From contig JBCAXP010000001.1 of NCBI GenBank assembly GCA_038533995.1, positions 1 through 52,865 on the forward strand: a stretch of DNA of 52,865 nucleotides. Direction: 5' to 3'. Under the pieces are notes generated by a model. It was given only the letters and a program-made list of their open reading frames with translations, did no database searches and had not been told where the DNA came from. Below, one piece after another: positions 36,174 to 43,989 of the stretch. How positions within the stretch are numbered: the stretch's first letter is position 1; each line of letters opens with the position of its first letter. The translations under genes were made by a program, and so were the position numbers. This DNA comes from Pseudomonadota bacterium (lineage in GTDB: Bacteria; Pseudomonadota; Gammaproteobacteria; Steroidobacterales; JBCAXP01).

Positions 36174-37477
36174 ACCGCCACCCGCTGCTCGCCCGTCACG
36201 CTGACGTCGCGCGGATGGTTGGCAAGAAAGCCTGCGAGATGCTGCGTGATATCCCGCGCATCGTCGGCCGCGCCGTGCATGAAGCTGGACTTGCGCCGCC
36301 GCATGAACGGGAGGCCCATGGCGTAAAGGCCTGGTGCATCGACCACGCCGCCGGTGTGCCTTAAGTTTCCCTTGCGGTCGAGCACGGGAACGTCCAGCCA
36401 GGAGTAGTCGGGGCGAAAACCCGTCGCCCACACCACCGTCTTGACGGCGTCGCCGTCTAGCTTTAGCGAGAGCGTCGCTGTGGCGTCGACCTGCGTTGGC
36501 TCGAAGGTCTCCGCGGGCGCGGCATCGATGCCAGCGTCTGCAGCAAATTCATCGATCGCCTTCAGGAGACGGTTCATCTTCAGGTCGGCAAGCTGGCAGA
36601 CGTTGCGCAGCGAGCCGGAAAACTGTGCTTTGCCGTCGCGCACGCCCATCAGGCGGCCCGTGATGCGGACTCCCTGAGCACGCAGCGCATTCAGGTCAAG
36701 GGTGGCGTTGTCGGGCGAACCGACAAGCTGCGGTGACGGCACGCGTCGCAGCCGCGCAAGATCTTCGGCTTCGAAAATGCACTCGTCCAGCAGGCCGGAG
36801 GCCTGCATCCACCACTTGATGTCGCGACCGCGATAGCGACGCGGCAGCCGCACGTGCTCACCGGCGGCCAGCGTGACGGCGCGGCCGCTGCGCGCGATTT
36901 CATCGGCGAGCTGCAGCCCGGTTGCGGACGCGCCGACGACCAGCACACCGCCCTCGGCGAGCTGCGCCGGGTTCTTGTACTGGTGCGCCGTGACCTGCGC
37001 GATGTCCACAGGCATGGCTTGGGAAACCTTCGGCAGGCTCGCGGTGTTAAACGCACCGCTCGCGATGACCAGCGCCCGACACTGCCAGTTTCCCTGCGTC
37101 GTTTCCACGCGGTAGCCGTCGCCTGCAGCATGCACGCGAGTGACGGTGGTGTTGGTGCGGACCGGCGCGTCGATTCGTGCAGCATAAGCGGCCACAAAAT
37201 CCGCCACCTCCGGCATGGTCATGAAGCCGTCGGGGTCACTGCCTTCGTACGCCTGGCCCGGCAGGCTGCTCATCCAGTTGGGCGTCAGCAGGCGCAGCGA
37301 GTCCCAGCGCTCCTTGCGCCAGGAGTTCGCCACCGCGCCGCGCTCAAGCACGACGTGAGCGATGCCGAGGCTGGTGAGGTTAAAGCTCACGGCAAGACCG
37401 CAGTGACCGGCACCGATGACGACAACGTCAACGGCGCCGGCCTGGCCACAGGGGTTTGGCAGTGACATGAGGCTCAC
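36170..37477 (-). CDS. FAD/NAD(P)-dependent oxidoreductase (flavin monooxygenase-like)
   Basis: The first dinucleotide fold is VDVVVIGAGHCGLAVS and the second is VLVVGASATGLQLADE. It also has ATGFRPDYSWL near the C-terminus. An ATGA-type 4-nt overlap joins it to the OsmC gene. Confidence 0.85.
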   Translation of the reverse strand: MSLMSLPNPCGQAGAVDVVVIGAGHCGLAVSFNLTSLGIAHVVLERGAVANSWRKERWDSLRLLTPNWMSSLPGQAYEGSDPDGFMTMPEVADFVAAYAARIDAPVRTNTTVTRVHAAGDGYRVETTQGNWQCRALVIASGAFNTASLPKVSQAMPVDIAQVTAHQYKNPAQLAEGGVLVVGASATGLQLADEIARSGRAVTLAAGEHVRLPRRYRGRDIKWWMQASGLLDECIFEAEDLARLRRVPSPQLVGSPDNATLDLNALRAQGVRITGRLMGVRDGKAQFSGSLRNVCQLADLKMNRLLKAIDEFAADAGIDAAPAETFEPTQVDATATLSLKLDGDAVKTVVWATGFRPDYSWLDVPVLDRKGNLRHTGGVVDAPGLYAMGLPFMRRRKSSFMHGAADDARDITQHLAGFLANHPRDVSVTGEQRVAV

Positions 37478-38034
37478 GCCACCGTCACGACGACGTCAGT
37501 GGGGTTCGTGATGATGTCGAACACCGCCGAGCGCTTCTGCGACTGCGCCACCAGCGCGGCGATGTCTTCTTCCGAAGCGTCTGCGTCGATGTCGTAGGTG
37601 ACTTTCAGGCTGTCGAAGCCGTTGCGCACGTCGCCATCGATGCCGAGGATGCCCTGGATATCCATACCGGCTTCCAGCGTGGCCTTAACCGAGCGCAGCT
37701 GGATGTCGCGATTTGAGGCAACCGCCGCGATGCCGGCGGTGAGGCAGCCGGCGAGGCCGACCAGCACGAATTCCACCGGCGTCGGACCCTTGTCTTCGGA
37801 GGCGAAGATCTCCGGGTGGTCGCTGTCGAAGCTCGTCGGCTCGCGGTGCGACTGCTCTTCGCCGAGACCAAAGAAGCCGTCGATCGTCGAGCGGCTGTGC
37901 GTGCCGCGCACCCACTCGTTGCTGGCGCGCCAGACAAAGCGGGCGGCTTCCGGTGCCTCGGTCAGGGCAGCGCGTGCGCCCAGCAGTGCTTCTACGTTGA
38001 CGCCGTTGTCGGTGGTGTGTGCGTTGGTTTCCAT
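37474..38034 (-). CDS. OsmC/Ohr-family peroxiredoxin-like protein
   Basis: GPTPVEFVLVGLAGCLTAGIAAVA... matches the OsmC-family core with its conserved Cys. GAGGAG lies upstream of the ATG. Confidence 0.8.
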   Translation of the reverse strand: METNAHTTDNGVNVEALLGARAALTEAPEAARFVWRASNEWVRGTHSRSTIDGFFGLGEEQSHREPTSFDSDHPEIFASEDKGPTPVEFVLVGLAGCLTAGIAAVASNRDIQLRSVKATLEAGMDIQGILGIDGDVRNGFDSLKVTYDIDADASEEDIAALVAQSQKRSAVFDIITNPTDVVVTVA

Positions 38035-38102
38035 GATGTGTGCTCCTCGTCTGAATATGTGATTGCCGTTTCGGCGGGACGGGAGCTACTTTGCGGCGGG
38101 TC

Positions 38103-38133
38103 CGTGGAAGCCACCGTGGAAGCTGTCGTGGAA
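38103..38133 (-). promoter_or_regulatory. Three exact TTCCACG heptamers in strict 12-bp phase upstream of the OsmC gene (candidate activator site)
   Basis: The minus strand reads TTCCACGacagcTTCCACGgtggcTTCCACG. On the plus strand CGTGGAA occurs at 38103, 38115 and 38127. The repeats lie 69-99 nt upstream of the ATG at 38034. Confidence 0.45.
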
Positions 38134-38172
38134 TTTTTGGTTTTGTTGGCGTTTTCCGCCAACCTGTTGAAT

Positions 38173-38712
38173 TTACGCGGCTTGTTCTGGCGAGATTCGT
38201 AGAAATGACCAGGCACTTTCCACTGGCATGCCCGCCTCTCGCTGCGCAATTCTCACGGACTCCGCGTCCGGCGCCTTGTAGAGGCAGGCCATTCGACGCC
38301 TGTCGGCGGAGAGAAAGGTCCGCATGAACGTGACGCGATGGTTTTCCAGGCAGTGAAGGGAAGCGTCTTCCTGCGCCTGCAGGGCGTCAAGGTCGACCGG
38401 CTCGTCAAAGCTGCGGTGCACAATGACGTTTGCCTCCAGAATTTCCTCCTCGGTGCGGCCGGGCGCGTCGTGCGTTGTACCTGGAAAGTGAATACGCATG
38501 TCCGCGTCGCCATTGCGCAACGCCGTGCGGATGGATTCGGCGTCCGGGCCGCGAAAATGGCACAGGAGGTCCTGTTCGCCAGTGGAGAAAAAACTCTGTT
38601 GCCAGGTGACTCGATACAGCGGGAAGCATCCCATCGATTCTTCCGCCATGGCCTGCAGCGCCGGCAGCGGAACAGGCTCATCAAAATGGCGCAGTAAGAA
38701 TATGTCACTCAT
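38173..38712 (-). CDS. Tandem two-domain DUF4242-like protein
   Basis: The two halves are homologous: FLLRHFDEPV...LLCHFRGPDAESIRTALRN and IVHRSFDEPV...MACLYKAPDAESVRIAQRE. An ATGA overlap joins it to the upstream regulator gene. Confidence 0.65.
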   Translation of the reverse strand: MSDIFLLRHFDEPVPLPALQAMAEESMGCFPLYRVTWQQSFFSTGEQDLLCHFRGPDAESIRTALRNGDADMRIHFPGTTHDAPGRTEEEILEANVIVHRSFDEPVDLDALQAQEDASLHCLENHRVTFMRTFLSADRRRMACLYKAPDAESVRIAQREAGMPVESAWSFLRISPEQAA

Positions 38713-41705
38713 AGGTTTTTCCTCATCATCTCATCCAGCCGTCCAATGATATTGCCGGTCCAGCGGGCCGCCACCGGGCGCAGCTCCTCGACCGCGGTGC
38801 GGTGAGCCTGTGCGGCCTCTTCCGTGTCCCGGTGGCCGCAGGCAAGCACGGCGTGGGCCAGCAGCATCTCCGTCGGGCGCTCCAGTATTATCGCGTATTC
38901 CAGCGCTTCGCTCGCCCGCTCCACTGCCCTGGCCTTCTCGCCGCGTTCGCAGTCTGCCAGCGCCGCGCGGGTGAGCGTGTACGCCAAGCGGTATTTTGCG
39001 TCGGCGGCCCGCAGGTCCACCAGTGCGGTATTCAGCGCCTCGTCGTCGTTGTGCTGCAGGTAGTGGCAAAGGCCAACCAGCGCGTCGGCGAAGGGTTTCT
39101 CGCTGCCCTCGCGAATCTTGTTGCCCAGCGTTACGAGCTGCTCTGCTCGCTCTCGCGCCTCATCGACATCGCCTCGCTGAAGCGCAATGACAACCAGGTA
39201 TTCCGAGGCCAGGAACTCGTTGATGCGGTCGCCCGCCGACTTGCACAGGGCGCGGGACTCCTGCAGCAATTCCTCGGCCTCATCCATTCGGTTCTGGTAG
39301 AAGCGCAGCATGCCGATGCCGGCGCAGATGGCGGGATGCGACATCTGCTGGCGTTGGGCCAGGGCACTCGCTTCCATGAGCATGGCGTCTGCCTCGGACA
39401 GGTCGCGCTCGAGCATCACGAGGCACTTGGCAGTTTCCGCTGTGCCAATTACCTGGGCCTTGCTGTCCTTGCCGCGAACCACGCGGGCCGACTGCAGCGA
39501 CTGTTTGCGCGCTACCTCCCAGTTGCCCTGGGTCCAGCGGATCGTGGCGGCCAGGTGATAGCCCAGCCGCGCATGGGACAGGTCACCGATATCGAGCGCG
39601 CGTTCCGCCAGTGACGCAAAGCGTTCCGCGACGGTTTCCGGTTCGTCGAGCGGCGTCGCTGTAAGCAACACTTCGTGGAGCTGGATTTCCAGCGGCACGC
39701 GTATAGCTTCCGTAAGCTCTTCAACGAACTGCAGGCCCTTTTTTGCAAGAGAGGCGGCGTCTTCATTGGCAAAAAAGCGCAGGCTGAGGCGCCCGGCCGC
39801 CACCATAGAGCGCGCCGCAAGCTCCGGGTCGTTGCTCTGCGTGGCGTGATAGGCAAGCCACGAGGCGCGGCTCAGGTCGCGGGTTGCCTCGCGCACGATG
39901 GCCTCGGCAATTCGGCGATGCATCACCTGCCTGCGTCGTGGCGAAATGTCCCGGTAGACGGCCTTGGCGATGAGGTCGTGGGAAAAGCGCAGGCCCTGGT
40001 TTGCCGGCACCAGCATGGCATGGGCCTCCGCCATCTCCAGCGCTTCGTCGATCACCGGCGTCTCGAAGCCGGTAACCATCTCGAGCGCCTTGATATCGAA
40101 CGGCGGCACTAGGGCCGACGCCCAGCGCAGCACGTCGGCGCCAGCCGTGGAAAACCGCGCCAGCCGCTCGCGCACCAGGTCGTCAAGCGAGCCGGCGCCC
40201 GAGCCCTCTATCTCGGCGCGCGCAAGCTCGATGGCGAGCAGGGGGTTGCCCGCGCAGGCGCTCGCGAGCCGCTCGCCATCGGCGCCCGGCGCCTGCTCGG
40301 TAATGATCTGCTGCAGGGCCGTCTCGGGTAGCGGCCCGATTGGCAGTTCGTGCAGCAAACCGTCACGGCGAAGCCCGCGAAGCGACTGCTGCAGCGCGGT
40401 GTTGTCGCGCAGCTCGCCCTCGCGCGCGGCGAGCACCGCGAGAACAGGGCGGTCGCGATTCAGCCGCACAACGTAGTGCAGCGCGGCGGCGCTGCTGTCG
40501 TCGCTCCAGTGGGTGTCGTCAAACATGATGACCACCGGCCGGTCCTGACTTGCGATGCGGATAAAGTTGGCAAGACCGCTGAAAAGGCGGTCGCGATTCG
40601 CCTCGTCGCTGGCGCCGAATACCGCGTCGTAGGCGCTCGCGTCCAGCGCCCGAATGGCATCGGTCCACAGGCCAAACGGGCGCGTCGCGTCTGATTCGAA
40701 GGCGGCGGCACGCAGCACCGTCGCGTCCAGCGTGCCGCACTCGGCGAGCAGCGCAGCGAGCAGCCGGCTCTTGCCGACACCCGGCGCGCCCACGAGCAGG
40801 TGCACGGTGGCCGATTGCGCCTGCGCGAGATTGTGCAGGGTGCCGGAGAGTTGGGCGCATTCGCGTTCACGGCCCACCAGGCCCTTGGCAGGCTGCACCG
40901 GGGGCGACTGCGCCGGCGGCGAAACGGAGGGCGCCGACGAACCGCGGGGCGGCGTTTCCGCTGCGGTCGCGACGGTGGGCGCAGAAGCGGGTGCGGTGGC
41001 CTGCCGTGCCGCGGCCAGCGCACCGCTCGACGGGATGCCCGCCTCGCGCAGCATGTGCATGCCGAGCTGGAATTGTTGCTCCGCCTCACCGGCCTGGCCC
41101 GCGGCGTGGCAGAGGCGAATCAACGAGGACCGCGCCTCCTCATCGTAGGGCGCAAGGCCAACACGGGCGCGCGCGTGCGGCAGCGCCCGATCGGGCGTTT
41201 GCGCAAAGCGCCGGACCAGCTCGGCCAGCAGCGCTAGCCGGTCGCGAAGGGCCCGTTCGCGTTCTGCAATGCACCACGAGTGAAAGTCGTGGAATCTTGA
41301 AAACTCGATACCTTCCAGGAAGTTGCCGCGGTAATTCTGGGCGGCGGCCTCGAGCGCGTCATCGCTGTCTGCCTGGTTCTGATCGATGAGTTGGCGCAGG
41401 GACAGTACGTCAATGGCTACATCATCGGTGTTGAGCTCAACGCAGCTTCGGTCTGCAACAATGCGCTTGCTGTCGGTGTCGTCGACCAGCCGACGCAGCT
41501 TCGACAGGCTCCAGCGCAGCGAGCCGCGCGGGTCATCCGGAATTTCCCACAGCAACTCACACAGGTGCTCCCGCCGGAACTGGCGGGGCTTCAAGGCAAG
41601 ATACGCGAGCAGCGCCCGGGTTTTCTTCGACGGCGGCAGCGCAGCCGGGGCGCCATCCCTGAACACCCGGAAGTCCCCCAGGAAATGCAGTTCAATAGCA
41701 GCCAT
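38709..41705 (-). CDS. SARP/AfsR-like regulator: OmpR-type winged helix + BTAD + P-loop NTPase (STAND-like) + TPR-like C-terminus
   Basis: The start is ATG at 41705. The N-terminus reads MAAIELHFLGDFRVFRDGAPAALPPSKKTRALLAYLAL...LCELLWE...DPRGSLRWSLSKLRR. The BTAD-like region reads YRGNFLEGIEF..FHSW. Walker A is LLVGAPGVGKSRLL and Walker B-like is VVIMFDDTHW. A long helical repeat tail follows. Confidence 0.8.
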   Translation of the reverse strand: MAAIELHFLGDFRVFRDGAPAALPPSKKTRALLAYLALKPRQFRREHLCELLWEIPDDPRGSLRWSLSKLRRLVDDTDSKRIVADRSCVELNTDDVAIDVLSLRQLIDQNQADSDDALEAAAQNYRGNFLEGIEFSRFHDFHSWCIAERERALRDRLALLAELVRRFAQTPDRALPHARARVGLAPYDEEARSSLIRLCHAAGQAGEAEQQFQLGMHMLREAGIPSSGALAAARQATAPASAPTVATAAETPPRGSSAPSVSPPAQSPPVQPAKGLVGRERECAQLSGTLHNLAQAQSATVHLLVGAPGVGKSRLLAALLAECGTLDATVLRAAAFESDATRPFGLWTDAIRALDASAYDAVFGASDEANRDRLFSGLANFIRIASQDRPVVIMFDDTHWSDDSSAAALHYVVRLNRDRPVLAVLAAREGELRDNTALQQSLRGLRRDGLLHELPIGPLPETALQQIITEQAPGADGERLASACAGNPLLAIELARAEIEGSGAGSLDDLVRERLARFSTAGADVLRWASALVPPFDIKALEMVTGFETPVIDEALEMAEAHAMLVPANQGLRFSHDLIAKAVYRDISPRRRQVMHRRIAEAIVREATRDLSRASWLAYHATQSNDPELAARSMVAAGRLSLRFFANEDAASLAKKGLQFVEELTEAIRVPLEIQLHEVLLTATPLDEPETVAERFASLAERALDIGDLSHARLGYHLAATIRWTQGNWEVARKQSLQSARVVRGKDSKAQVIGTAETAKCLVMLERDLSEADAMLMEASALAQRQQMSHPAICAGIGMLRFYQNRMDEAEELLQESRALCKSAGDRINEFLASEYLVVIALQRGDVDEARERAEQLVTLGNKIREGSEKPFADALVGLCHYLQHNDDEALNTALVDLRAADAKYRLAYTLTRAALADCERGEKARAVERASEALEYAIILERPTEMLLAHAVLACGHRDTEEAAQAHRTAVEELRPVAARWTGNIIGRLDEMMRKNL

Positions 41706-41790
41706 TGCAAGTCCGACGCGCGTGCATTTTGCTCTTCTGATTGGAGTGTTTGTCCAAGCTAGTCTAATAAAAAGGGCATTGGGTGGGAAA

Positions 41791-41821
41791 AACCACGGTA
41801 AATTCAACGCTGGCTTCCCTG
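41791..41821 (+). promoter_or_regulatory. Degenerate TTCCACG-like heptamers in 12-bp phase upstream of cysK-grx (weak candidate site)
   Basis: AACCACG is at 41791, TTCAACG at 41803 and TTCCCTG at 41815. They match the 38.1-kb heptamer at 5/7, 6/7 and 5/7 positions, with the same period and the same orientation relative to the downstream gene. Confidence 0.3.
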
Positions 41822-41879
41822 AACCACCGCCACCATGAGCGCCAACCTCTTTAACGCAACAAGCACCGGAGAAAACCCC

Positions 41880-43373
41880 ATGACGCGCTACGCCAACATC
41901 CTTGAGACCATCGGCAACACGCCGCTCGTGCGGCTCAACAGGCTTGCGCCTGACTACGTCAATCTTTACGTCAAGATGGAGTCATTCAACCCCATGGCGT
42001 CCGTCAAGGACCGCATGGCGAATGCCATTATCGAGGATGCCGAGCGCAGCGGCGCCCTGTCGCCCGGCCAGACGGTGGTGGAGGCAACCAGCGGCAACAC
42101 CGGCATTGGCCTTGCGATGGTGTGCGCCCAGAAGGGCTACCCGCTGGTGGTGACCATGGCCGAGAACTTCAGCATCGAGCGGCGCAAAATGCTGCGCTTC
42201 CTCGGTGCAAAAATTGTGCTGACGCCGGCTGCGGAAAAAGGCACCGGCATGCTGAACAAGGCCGTTGAGCTGGCCGAAACCCACGGCTGGTTTCTGTGCA
42301 GGCAGTTCGAGAACGAGTCAAACGCCAACGTGCACACGCAAACCACGGCGCAGGAGATCATCGCCGACATGGGCGACGAGCCGCTTCACGCGTTCGTCTC
42401 CGGCTTTGGCACTGGCGGCACGCTGCTGGGTACCGCACGCGGCCTCAAGGCACACGCCTCGTCGATCCGGGTGGTGGCCGCCGAGCCGGACAATTCGCCC
42501 GTGCTCGCCAGCGGCATTCGCCAGGAAAGGGACGCCAGTGGTGCGCCCACCAGCAGCCACCCCCACTTCCGGCCGCACCTGATGCAGGGCTGGAGTCCGG
42601 ATTTTGTTTCCCTGTTGACCGAGACCGCCGTGGATGAGCGCCTTGTCGACGAAATTCTGCCGGTGGCCGGCGACGACGCGCTGCGCCTGTCGCGGGAGCT
42701 TGCGAGCAAGGAAGGCATCTTTGTCGGCACCTCCGCTGGCGGTACGCTGGCCGCAGCGCTAGACGTAGCGCGGCGTGCGGAACCTGGCGCCAACATCGTG
42801 TGCATGCTGCCGGACACGGGTGAGCGCTACCTGTCCACGCCGCTGTTCGAGCACATCGGCGAGGACATGGATGAAGACGAGATGGCCATTTCGCGGTCCA
42901 CGCCCGGCTACCGCTTTGACGTGACCGCCTCACCGCCACCGCCCGCCCAGGAACCGGCCGCCGAGCCGGCGCTGGACGCCGAAGCCGAGGCCTTTGTCGA
43001 CTCGGTGACTACCGACAACAAAGTGGTGATGTTCGCGCTGGAATGGTGCGAGTTCTGCTGGTCAGCCCGCAAACTCTTCGCTCGCCTCGGCGTGGACTTC
43101 GAAAGCGTTGACCTGGACTCGGTCGCGTTCCAGGACGACAACCGCGGCGGCAAGATTCGCCAGGTGCTCAAAGCCCGGCTTGGCAGTCCGACTATCCCGC
43201 AGATTTTCATCGGCGGCGAACACATCGGCGGCTGCACCGACCTGCTGGACGAAATGGCAGACGGAGCCTTGCGCAAGCGCCTGGAGGCCTGCGGCGCAGC
43301 CTTCGATGCCGAAGTGGCCATCGACGCCTACGCATTGCTGCCCAAGTGGATCCACTCGCGTAAATCAGCCTAG
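41880..43373 (+). CDS. Cysteine synthase (CysK/CysM family, PLP-dependent) fused to a C-terminal glutaredoxin-like domain
   Basis: The start is ATG at 41880 (GGAG 9 nt upstream); the track start at 41835 has no RBS. The CysK region reads IGNTPLVRLNR...SFNPMASVKDR...TSGNTGIGLA...GFGTGGTL. After a Pro/Ala/Glu linker the Grx region reads VVMFALEWCEFCW...TIPQIFIGGEHIGGCTDL. Confidence 0.85.
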   Translation: MTRYANILETIGNTPLVRLNRLAPDYVNLYVKMESFNPMASVKDRMANAIIEDAERSGALSPGQTVVEATSGNTGIGLAMVCAQKGYPLVVTMAENFSIERRKMLRFLGAKIVLTPAAEKGTGMLNKAVELAETHGWFLCRQFENESNANVHTQTTAQEIIADMGDEPLHAFVSGFGTGGTLLGTARGLKAHASSIRVVAAEPDNSPVLASGIRQERDASGAPTSSHPHFRPHLMQGWSPDFVSLLTETAVDERLVDEILPVAGDDALRLSRELASKEGIFVGTSAGGTLAAALDVARRAEPGANIVCMLPDTGERYLSTPLFEHIGEDMDEDEMAISRSTPGYRFDVTASPPPPAQEPAAEPALDAEAEAFVDSVTTDNKVVMFALEWCEFCWSARKLFARLGVDFESVDLDSVAFQDDNRGGKIRQVLKARLGSPTIPQIFIGGEHIGGCTDLLDEMADGALRKRLEACGAAFDAEVAIDAYALLPKWIHSRKSA

Positions 43374-43386
43374 GAGGTTAGCAGAC

Positions 43387-43989
43387 ATGTCATTTATCAA
43401 GACAACCGCGCCGGCTGACGCAGAGGGCGACGTGCTGGCAATGTACCAGCGGCAGCAGAACTCCTGGGGTTACGTACCGAACTACGCGAAGGTGTTTTCT
43501 GGACGGCCGGAAGTGCTCGCGCGCTGGGCGCGGCTGCTGGCGGAGCTGCGCCGGCCGATGGACGACCGGCGCTTCGAGCTGGTGACGTTTGCTGCGGCCA
43601 TTGCGCTGCGCAACTCCGCCTGCTCACTGCAGCACGGCAAGCTGCTCGCAGAGTTCATCGGCGAGGACGTAGTGCGGGACCTGCGGCGCGGGCGGTTCGC
43701 GCCGTCACTGACCGAGCTGGACACGGCGCTTTTTCAGTTCGCGCAAAAAGTAGCGGTGGACGCATCGCGTGTGACCGCCGGCGACGTGCAGCGGCTCAAG
43801 GCCCTCGGGCTGGACGACGACGAGGTCTTTGACGTTGCCGGCGCTGCGGCGGGCAGGGCGTTTTTCACCAAGCTGCTGGACGGGCTGGGCGTGGAAACCG
43901 ACTCTGCCTTCCTGGCGCTCGATGAGCCGTTTCGCCGTGCGATGACGGTCGGCCGCCCCATCGCTTTCGAAGAGGTCGAGCGGCTTTAG
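43387..43989 (+). CDS. AhpD-like / carboxymuconolactone-decarboxylase-superfamily 'peroxidase-related' protein
   Basis: AGGAGG lies upstream of the ATG at 43387. MSFIKTTAPADAEGDVLAMYQRQQNSWGYVPNYAKVF... shows the typical N-terminus of the uncharacterised peroxidase-related subgroup. Only a single Cys is present (NSACSLQHG). Confidence 0.75.
   Translation: MSFIKTTAPADAEGDVLAMYQRQQNSWGYVPNYAKVFSGRPEVLARWARLLAELRRPMDDRRFELVTFAAAIALRNSACSLQHGKLLAEFIGEDVVRDLRRGRFAPSLTELDTALFQFAQKVAVDASRVTAGDVQRLKALGLDDDEVFDVAGAAAGRAFFTKLLDGLGVETDSAFLALDEPFRRAMTVGRPIAFEEVERL

Noticed and set aside
36174-36431. Upstream part of the 178-aa minus ORF 35895..36431
   Set aside because: It overlaps the 3' end of the flavin oxidoreductase gene in another frame. 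Only the last 92 codons, from TTG at 36173, resemble the DUF4242 units.
41835-41879. Track start of the cysK-grx gene at 41835
   Set aside because: There is no Shine-Dalgarno sequence, and it would abut the phased heptamers. The ATG at 41880 has GGAG 9 nt upstream and gives the canonical M-x-x-Y/I...IGNTPL start.
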